A DNA stretch of 63,711 nucleotides, filler included, from Bigelowiella natans CCMP2755 (Eukaryota; Protista; Cercozoa), in assembly GCA_000320545.1 (NCBI GenBank). It is 6 parts of 6 records of this genome, joined end to end, with 100 filler letters (N's around TTAATTAATTAA, not from the genome) between each part and the next. Parts side by side here need not be neighbours in the genome. Positions count along the whole stretch, not along the records: positions 54,285 to 61,875 come from ADNK01001658.1; positions 61,976 to 63,711 come from ADNK01001403.1; 4 more parts are not named here. One strand, 5' to 3'. The position numbers were made by a program, and so were the translations under genes. The number at the start of each line of letters is the position of its first letter. Position 1 is the first letter of the stretch. This document shows, piece by piece, positions 54,937-63,711 of this stretch. Under the pieces are notes generated by a model. The model ran no database searches and was not told where the DNA came from. It saw only the letters and a program-made list of their open reading frames with translations.

Positions 54937-55057
54937 CCTCGCGTACGTGAAGGTGCGCCCGGACCCCAAAGACCCCAACGCGAAAGCTGACACCGCGGCA
55001 TTCAAGGCCAAGATGGGCAAGGCGTTCTCCTCCACCGCCGACCCGAAGTCGTCCTGA
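54469..55057 (+). CDS. Divergent holocytochrome c synthase (cytochrome c heme lyase) family protein, last two exons
   Basis: VLRYESVTHPEC..KLAKFNG..SFDRHYWTVNRCGKEEETYVLDYF..IQ|VRPD..KSS* aligns with the HCCS motifs FDRHDW..RCG..YVIDYY..DVRPA. Confidence 0.78.
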
Positions 55058-55944
55058 GCCGCGGAAACCGTCTCAATGCAGCAGTCAGTACGTGAGATGT
55101 CAGTACGTGAGATGGGAGAGGATTGGGGGCGCGCAGCGCGTGGCGGCGGATGCGTGGCGCAGAAGCACAGTTCGCAGTGCATCCGGCTCACGGGATGGCG
55201 GCATATGTAGCACCCAGCGTCATTTCGTGTGTACACTCCTCTCGGTCATTATCCCGATGTAATATATATTTTTATTAAGATAGCGAGGCGTCTTAGCATG
55301 CACCGGCGTATGCATTCCTTGCTGGCCCTGCTCCTTGCTCTAGATCGGCTTGTTTGGTGTTGGCATAACCTGGCTAGCTAGCTAGCTTGCACTAGTGCAT
55401 GGTGTGATCGCGGTCAAAACGATGCGCGACGGCTAGACGGCTAGCTGCTTGCACGACGGCTTGCGACAACAACGCACAGAAAAAACAACAATTACACGAC
55501 GATGACTCACTGCCTGCTGCGTGGCACTGGATATCAACGGCACATTCCATAGCATTGTGCGTTTGCTGCACGAGGTTGTGCTAGCATGCAAACTATCAAA
55601 TGGCATGCACGGCTATTGTGTTGTCGCATTGCATGATCGATCGACGTGTTGCAATAATGCTGCGCTTGCCTGCTGCGGACAAAGCATGCATTGTGCTATG
55701 CACGCTATATAAGCGTGTGAACAAGCACGATGTGTTAGTATGCATTACATGCATGGCTTGCGTCCATTCTACTAGTCTAGCATTGTGCGCGTGTATACGT
55801 GCAACTATAGCTAACTACTACTTTGCTTTATGTAGCTTGTTATCGTGCGCGGTTCTTCACAACGCTAGATCGAGCTCTCAGGCGCAATAACATGCCACGT
55901 CGCTGACATTCTGGCTGGTCCAATCGGATGCAGCCCTTTGCCTA

Positions 55945-56100
55945 TCATTCTCTACCGCGTCTATACGTCTGGCTGTACGAGCTGCCCTTGTCTGTGTTGC
56001 TTTGATTGATGGAGGGGGGCGATGGTCTCCGAAACATTGGCGAGATGACGTAGTCAGCAAATGACTTCTTGTCGGCCTCGGTGCAACCCTTAGTTACATT

Positions 56101-56168
<68 letters not shown>

Positions 56169-56435
56169 TTATATAATAAATAAATAATTAATCAAATATG
56201 TAGTTATACATATGCACACATAAATTATAATGCACATACATATGTAGGCCATGTGCAATCATCACCGCGACCACCACCCCCACACCACCCGCAAGAAGCA
56301 TCATTAGCGGCAGCTGAGGCACCACCTTCTGGGATTGGTTAAGATGATGGGAAAATTGGAGACTCGATGTGAAGTTCTCCCCGCAATTCATGCAATGAAA
56401 GACTGAGCAGAGAGTCAAACACCAGACACGCAACA

Positions 56436-56483
<48 letters not shown>

Positions 56484-56492
56484 AATATATTG

Positions 56493-56589
<97 letters not shown>

Positions 56590-56953
56590 GTGATTGCATA
56601 ATTGTGTGTAGTGACATCTGGGCGATCGAATTTTTGAGAAAAATGCTGCATAGTACTTACTGTCTTTGTGGCGACGAAGGTGCACCCAGAAATCATACTT
56701 CTCGCGCACCAGCCTGTTTCGCACAGAAAACAAAACCAAAACGTACATTAACCCCCTCCAACGCTATGCAATGACTTCGTTGTGTTGGCGAGAATGGCGG
56801 CTATTGGTATCCTGTCGTTGCAAGCATGATGACGACGTCTTTCACAAAACATGACTTGAGGCATATCGGGCACTTGAAGTTTCGGATTCCTCGGTGGACC
56901 CCTGTATGGAAGAGATGTAGAGTTACTACATGCTACACATACGCGCGCGCGCC

Positions 56954-56992
<39 letters not shown>

Positions 56993-57918
56993 ACACATCC
57001 TTAACACACTTTATGATAATTTTTCAAGCACTACACATGTCGACATATGATCCATTCATGCATATGATGCATTCGTCAGTCTGGCGTGGCTAGAAGGGCG
57101 AAAGGAAGAGAAGGAGGAGGATGAGGAGGAGGGGGGGGGACGACCCATATGCCTATCTCTGCTAAATTTCAGCGAAAACTTCCTAGATAAATGTGGAAAA
57201 AATATTTACGTTTTGAATATATTAAGTGTTTCTATCTCAGAAGCGTGTCGACATATGATTTTGTAGATGTTAGCGCGCGCACACGTGCGCCTGTGTGCTG
57301 AAATGGCTAGATGAACTCGGCATGAAGGCATCGCCAAACATCAAACAAGGGACATCGAAGGTCCTCGGCTACGACTGCTACCTAGCGCACACGTTGCACT
57401 CAAAGAGGGTCGCTCGAGTGTGGGTATTGGTATGGTACTAAAGCAGCATCACAGGCAAGGAGAAAACAAAGCAGCAGAGGAAGATCTGTGAGGTGGATGA
57501 GAAACAAGGGATTTCTTTCTAATAATAGGCGATAACACATGATGGGCATGACTATCTTAGCCGCATGCGAAAAATGGTGAAATGTGCGGTCGCTGCTGTT
57601 CTTCTTTTACTGCAGTGGGTTTCACCATCAGCGACGTGGAAGTGATGAACGTCTTATTGCATAAGGTGCACTTATGGGGCCTGCAGCATACGGACGAATA
57701 CCACGAAAGATCGGAGCGATTTAGAATATACATATACAGCGTTGTCAAAACAGTAGTCTCACCGAATGTTCTGATGGAGCTTCATGTGCCGCACCATCAC
57801 GTGCTTTTGGATGAACCTTCGCCTGCAAATCGAGCACTCGAATCTGGACTCCCCTAGAGGACACGAATGTTTTATATGTTAGATGACATATATACACATT
57901 CATACACACACAAACACA

Positions 57919-57956
<38 letters not shown>

Positions 57957-58302
57957 GATGAATGTGTAAGTGTGTGCATGTGTGTGTGATATGCTACTTG
58001 TATGCGTGCGAAGGTGCCGGTCCATATTCGCCTTTTCCACGAATGTACGCGCTGCGTTCCCGCGCCACGCCACACACACACAGGAGAGAAAAAGCACACT
58101 AATCAGTCAATCTGCGGCACAACGCAGCGACATCTCTTTCAAGTCAGTGTTAAGACTGCCATCCGAAGCCAAATCCCTTGCGCTTGTACGATAGAAATGC
58201 GGCTTTTTTTAAGGAAAAATAACGAAAAAACCTTCTCGAGTATGCTTTACTCTCAATATATCTCAATATTTCATATCATGGATATGAGTTTACCTCATAT
58301 GC

Positions 58303-58345
<43 letters not shown>

Positions 58346-58889
58346 ATTTATATTATTTTTTGTAACTTACTGCATTTGCTGCATTTGTATGGGCGGATAT
58401 CGGTGTGAATCATGGCGTGCTTGCACATGTTAGACCAGTTGTTGGAGAAGTAAGGGCACTGATGATAATGGAAAATCGAGCATGCAAAAAGAAGAAAAGA
58501 CGATGATGACCGCAATACTGATAACGATCACGAGGGCGACGACGGCGATGATGATGATGATGATGATGATGACAATGATAATGATGAGAAGATTTTTACT
58601 TTTGTTTGCGTAAGCGTGTATGTGTACTCATCACAAAAAGTACAATCGCTCGCGCGCACACACACACAAACACACACGTTTAACATATATTGAGAAGATC
58701 TCTGATTCAATCCCACTTAGCACTGCTCTCTTGTATTCCATAAGATGCGAAAACAATGTGCTCACCTTCTTGCATCTAAGGGGCTCGCAGAAGCGACAGA
58801 CGGTCAGCGAGTAGTGAATGAGCCGCTTTAGTTCCTGTTAAGAACAAGAATGAGGAGAATAGACTCTCTCTCTCTCTCTCTCTGTGTGT

Positions 58890-58927
<38 letters not shown>

Positions 58928-59000
58928 TGTAGTAATGTATAAATATGACATATATAAAAATAAATAAACATAATTTATATTATAAAATATATACATAAAT

Positions 59001-59058
<58 letters not shown>

Positions 59059-59530
59059 TGTAGTATCATTAACAACGTTGGTCTTGATGCTCTCGCCCCG
59101 CATACGATAGCGCCTCCGACACTTAATACATCCTTCCGTCGCTAACGTATGGGTGGGCCTATCGTCGCCGAACGCGGTCTTGGAGGGAGGGGGGGGGCGG
59201 TCCGCGTACGTTCTTGAAGCAGCCGACAGCATCACGCCGCCCCCTTCATATCCCATAGCTGTAGCATGCTGCTGATCGGTGATGGTGTGATCACCCCCAT
59301 AGCCCCCACTCAATCGAATTGTGAAGGAGGGCGTGGATACTAGAGTGGTGGTGGGGGGGGTGCTGCAGACAGAGGAGGAGGAGGAGGAGGAGGAGGAGGA
59401 GTACGACTTGAAAGTGGTGGAAGCTCTTTCCCGTTTCATCTAAGGCGGGCAGTAGATGGCGTGTGGGTGAAATCAGTGTGGACTCGTCAGTCGGCTATTC
59501 GATCCGGAAAATTGGGGGGTTTACGATAAT

Positions 59531-59571
<41 letters not shown>

Positions 59572-60322
59572 GTGTGTGTGTGTGTGTGTGTGTGCGCGCG
59601 CACGCGCGCGAGTACCTGGAGCTTTACGCCGTTGGTAGAACGCGAATCCTCGACGGTATTCGCAGTCATGATGACAAGGTTGACAAGGAGGTAGAGAATG
59701 GCGAGCGAACGACAGTAGATTCGTCCCCCCCCCCGCTATTTTGCACACAACAATTCATTGGCCCATATGGTCAGGAGATAATTTTGCTCACGTATGTATT
59801 CCAGATACTCCCCACAATGGATCCAACCCCGCCTCGCCACCCCCCCCCGCCTAAAGGCCTTTGCCGATGAGAGGCATGGCCTCAGAGTGCTGTGCAATAC
59901 AGGAGGGGCAGTGTGCTACAACTGCCATTGCACTATAACAACGTTTCTACGCGAGCGACGAAAATTCGAAAGTATTGCTGCAGGAGAGGAGGGGCGGGCG
60001 CGAGGCGTACCATGTACTGTTAGCGTGGAGGGCAGCCTCTCCGACCGACTCCCAGGCCGAGTTTCATAGTTCAGAGGATTGTAACAACCTGGGGGGGGCA
60101 GTTCATGATACGGATAAAGACAGACCTGAAGTGGAGTGGAATCGTGGCACATTTTAGGCAATTATTACAGCCGAAACTATCTAAATAACTCGAATCATAG
60201 CGAAATTTGTCAGCGACAATACTCCAGATAATGCTCTGGAGATCAGGGTGGATATTCCTAGCACAAATTACTTCCCAAAACCGGACGTTGCATTTGGATG
60301 TGTGGCACGATGAGGTTTTCAT
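55945..60322 (-). CDS. Multi-C2H2 zinc-finger protein (about 7 fingers)
   Basis: Spliced exons give ..NWSNMCKHAMIH-TDIRP-YKCSKCTRTFVEKANMDRHLRTH-..FECSICRRRFIQKHVMVRHMKLH-QNIRP-HKCTLCNKTFITSTSLMYHTNTH-..FECNVCARKFSLKFSRDRHMGVH-RGIRN-FKCPICLK..WVHLRRH..FHCMNCGENF. The 5' exons are less certain. Confidence 0.85.
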
Positions 60323-60444
60323 TTTGCGACAAAGAGTTATTGTGCAATATGGATAAAATAGATGTCATTTTAGGGAAATACCGATCTGCAAAACATCGGC
60401 GAAGTAAGACTTAGCGCCAGACTCCGTATCTGCTCGAAGGAAGA

Positions 60445-61147
60445 ATGGGGACCAAGGCTGTCGGGGACGGCGAGGATGCGATCTTCAACTTTCTCTACGG
60501 GCTGACGCTAAGCTTCATGGTAGCACCCTAGGGATCATTTCACTTTCCATTTGGCTGCGTTTGTAGCCAGGCCTTCGGTCTACGATGAAGAGCTATAGCT
60601 ATTCGTTCGAGGGCTCTAATTACCCGCATTCCAAGATTCGGAACGCAATAAAAACCTGACTGTGCTCTGTCTAGGTCGCTGCAACCCTGCGAGGCCTGAG
60701 CATGTTTCTATCCCCAAAGCAGTCGAAGAGGATATACGGGTCGCCACACACACCAACTACCTAGCATGGTGGTATCCTCTGCCCTTGCTCATCGTGCTCG
60801 ACTCCCCTCCCCCTTACCACCTCCCCCCCCCCCTCAGCTTCTTCATCGACTGCATCCTGTTTGATGCCTCGGAGGAAACGGACAATGGCAAGGGCCAGGG
60901 TGGAGGGGGATATAACGTCGTAGTACCGAGTGGGGAGGATGGGAGAAACATGGCAGCAGCAAGAGGACACTGCAAATCGCCTGGAGGAGGAGTAGGAGGA
61001 GGAGGAGGGGGGGGGGGAGGAAGCTCGGCAATGTAAAACTTAATTAGTGTGTATCTTACCAACTCTATAAAGAATGGCTATTATATAATTTTCTGTACAA
61101 TTCTCCCCAGCATTCGACCTTATAAACTTTAGTTCATCAACGAGCGC

Positions 61148-61186
<39 letters not shown>

Positions 61187-61613
61187 CGCCATGTCAGGTT
61201 CCAATGGATCTCCCCCAATCCGCAGGTCCAAAGGTATATACTCGCGCTTTCCTGTCGTCGAGCTGCCCCTGCCCCTCCCCCAAAAAAAAACCCCTCGTGT
61301 CAAAGCACGTTTCGGCGTAACAGATGCACGCATTACTCTTGTACATTATCACATCATCATTCACCCAAAGGGCCGTGCACCTCATCTTCTGCGGTATGGG
61401 GCTCATCGTTGCGTTTATCATCTACGGCGTTCAGCAGGTAGGAGTGCAGTATATGGCCATTTCTATCATACCTGCATCTCGCAAGCCTGCAGCAGCGCCG
61501 CCTCAAATCTGACCGTCTGCAATCCTCGTCGTGTTTGTGTGCTGATAGGAGAAGATTATGACCACGGAGTACGCAGGGGGGCGCTTTACAAATCCAAACT
61601 TCCTCATCTTCAG
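60445..61613 (+). CDS. SLC35B/UAA-family nucleotide-sugar or PAPS transporter, N-terminal part; truncated by a terminal inverted repeat
   Basis: AVHLIFCGMGLIVAFIIYGVQQ|EKIMTTEYAGGRFTNPNFLIF matches the SLC35B start (LxFCxxGL....xxGxxQERxMT..Y...RF....FL). Upstream exons begin MGTKAVGDGEDAIFNFLYGL. Confidence 0.75.
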
Positions 61614-61875
61614 GTGCGAGTAGAGAATAGCTCGAATGCTCTTTTTTTTCCGTGTGCAGAAATGATAGCGCTTGTTCTCTACCTGCCACTCTCCATCATA
61701 TGTGTACATCGGTGAAAAATGTAACAAGTACTCCGATGTCTACGCTCTACCCGCTCCTGAAGATGAGGAAGTTTGGATTTGTAAAGCGCCCCCCTGCGTA
61801 CTCCGTGGTCATAATCTTCTCCTATCAGCACACAAACACGACGAGGATTGCAGACAGTTAGATTTGAGGCGGCGC
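61495..61875. repeat. Inverted repeat: 61495-61614 versus 61756-61875 (120-bp arms, 2 mismatches, ~140-nt loop), ending at the contig end
   Basis: The right arm is the reverse complement of the left arm (gcgccgcctcaaatct...ctcatcttcagg). Confidence 0.95.
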
Positions 61876-61975
61876 NNNNNNNNNNNNNNNNNNNNNNNNN
61901 NNNNNNNNNNNNNNNNNNNTTAATTAATTAANNNNNNNNNNNNNNNNNNNNNNNNNNNNNNNNNNNNNNNNNNNN
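61876..61975. other. Artificial contig-joining spacer
   Basis: N44-TTAATTAATTAA-N44. Confidence 0.99.
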
Positions 61976-62041
61976 CACGGATGATGGTGATGACGTAATG
62001 ACTTGATTTCACGATCCACATCCAGGAGTTCTCTAGGCATA

Positions 62042-62329
62042 CGTCGAGTTTCACATGAAGAAATGTGTCTAGTAATAGCGACCACTCCTGAGCGATGACG
62101 CGCATGCGCTCGCTCGCAAGCATACACTCTCTCGCACGCGAGCGCGAACCCCACCCAAAGTCCGTAAATATTAGTGAAGTTTCCCATCGATATATTAAGG
62201 TACGGAAGTCCAGTTCATTCCAAGTTTCTCTCTGTACCGCCAACTCACGTGAAAAGTGAGCCGGATTTTTGGTCTCCCGAACCCACTCTTTTACGTGAAG
62301 TTGCATATCCTGCTTTGGTCACCATGCAT

Positions 62330-62410
<81 letters not shown>

Positions 62411-63164
62411 ATATATAAATTTTCGAAACGATTTCATTTTTACACGTGAAATGCCCCCACCTTTCGCATCATCCGCCTCTTTCGCTGCGCTGTCGCGCTT
62501 GCCACCTGATTGGTGTGATTGCTGTTATTTGAGAACGATGACGACGACGACGACGATGGCGATGATGATGACCATGATGACCATGATGATGATGATGATG
62601 ATGTTCTAGGTGAGGCATCACAACGGTCATCAGGCAGGTGCTGCTACGTACTGAGCGATTTGATCTCTGCCGCAACACGAGCTGCGTCTTTGAAGGCGCG
62701 GCGTTTGACTGCAGCCTTTTTGCGCTCGTTCAACGACGGCAATGACAGTGCAATCTGGGGGAGGGGGGAGTGGGGGGAAGAGGGGGAGCGGTGTAAGAGA
62801 GGAGGAGGAGGAGAGTGGGTTTTTTTCGTTGATGGGTGTCTGTACACTCATCATCATCATCATTATCATCGCCATCTCATCATTATCGTCTTATTATCAT
62901 GTGAAATGCTCTACTGTACAAGGAATGATGATGATGATGATGATGATGATGCAGAGAAAGATGGGGGGCAAACTACTACTACTACTACTAATACTGCATA
63001 CATACTCCATCCACGCAAACAAAGCACCTTTTCAACGGTTGCCTTTAACTCAAACAGCTCTTCCTCTTTGGTATTCCTGGTAGGTGAAAGACAGCCGAGC
63101 ATTCATGCAGGTTGATTACAACAACAACAATAACAACAACAACAACAGCCTCTCCTCCTACACC

Positions 63165-63199
<35 letters not shown>

Positions 63200-63227
63200 A
63201 TTTATCATCATTATCAGCAGCCACTAT

Positions 63228-63260
<33 letters not shown>

Positions 63261-63670
63261 CTTTTATTCGTGATGTCTTTAACTTGAGCGGCTATAGCCA
63301 AAATACGATCTTGCAGCTTGCTCACCTCGCTTTTATTAGGTGCAGCGGCGCTAGTGCCGTCGTTGCTCTCGCCGCCATCATCCTCTTCCTCTACAATGCG
63401 CTTCTCCTCCTTCAGCGTCACTACTAGTTTCTCGACGCCTAGCAACAAGAGGACACGGAAAAGCAGTGATAAGTGAAGGGAGGGGCAGGCGAGTAGGGGG
63501 GGGGGATGGGGCGATGCGGAGAGATGTTTGCATTTGCAGTCGCGTCGTCGTGATCATGCACAGCTGAAACTGCTGCTGCAGTATCGTATCGTATCGTATC
63601 GTATCGCATCGACGGACCTTGCGATGAGTGAAGCAACTGGGTGATGCTTTCGTCAAAATCCTTCTCCTGT
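62042..63670 (-). CDS. Coiled-coil protein fragment with a UVR (UvrB/C)-like motif
   Basis: Exons: VEKLVVTLKEEKR..SEVSKLQDRILAIAAQVKDITNK, NTKEEELFELKATVEK, IALSLPSLNERKKAAVKRRAFKDAARVAAEIKSLS (KKxAVxxxxFxxAAxxxxEIKxL), and DMQLHVKEWVRETKNPAHFSRELAVQRETWNELDF. Confidence 0.6.
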
Positions 63671-63711
63671 GGAAAGAAGAGGAAAAGAAGAGGAGGAAGG
63701 GGAGGGGGGGG

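Overview
The window is six eukaryotic contigs joined by artificial 100-nt spacers (N44-TTAATTAATTAA-N44). It is microsatellite-rich and very intron-rich, so the ORF track is mostly noise; the real genes are strings of short GT-AG exons that I assembled by eye. Signal + transit (+ Tat) leaders on plastid proteins and a TTAGGG telomere point to an alga with a secondary plastid, probably a chlorarachniophyte (inference). Contig 1 (1-27315): a very long minus-strand RCC1/BLIP-II-like repeat gene, an At5g03900-like plastid membrane protein, and a telomere. Contig 2: GPR107/108, an unknown gene, a decayed gene relic, an orphan multi-pass (GPCR-like) protein, a YnjE-type sulfurtransferase and a 49-aa spliced ORF. 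Contig 3: a plastid fibrillin with a K/A/P tail, and MCM8. Contig 4: a DNA2 fragment. Contig 5: a divergent holocytochrome c synthase, a C2H2 zinc-finger gene and an SLC35B-like transporter. Contig 6: a coiled-coil/UVR-motif gene. Two signals are not explained by genes. (1) About 557 bp next to the telomere has no TpA dinucleotide but keeps CpG, and adjacent telomere repeats read TCAGGG/TTGGGG; this suggests a localized, strand-symmetric A-to-G hypermutation at TpA, with a weaker second patch at 31.7-32.8 kb. (2) Islands rich in CTAG/CATG/AGCT/TGCA palindromes, three of four sharing the 12-mer CATGCTAGCATG, sit downstream of gene 3' ends, mostly between convergent genes. Several 1-nt indels in conserved exons suggest unpolished assembly errors. 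Exon boundaries are manual and some are approximate.
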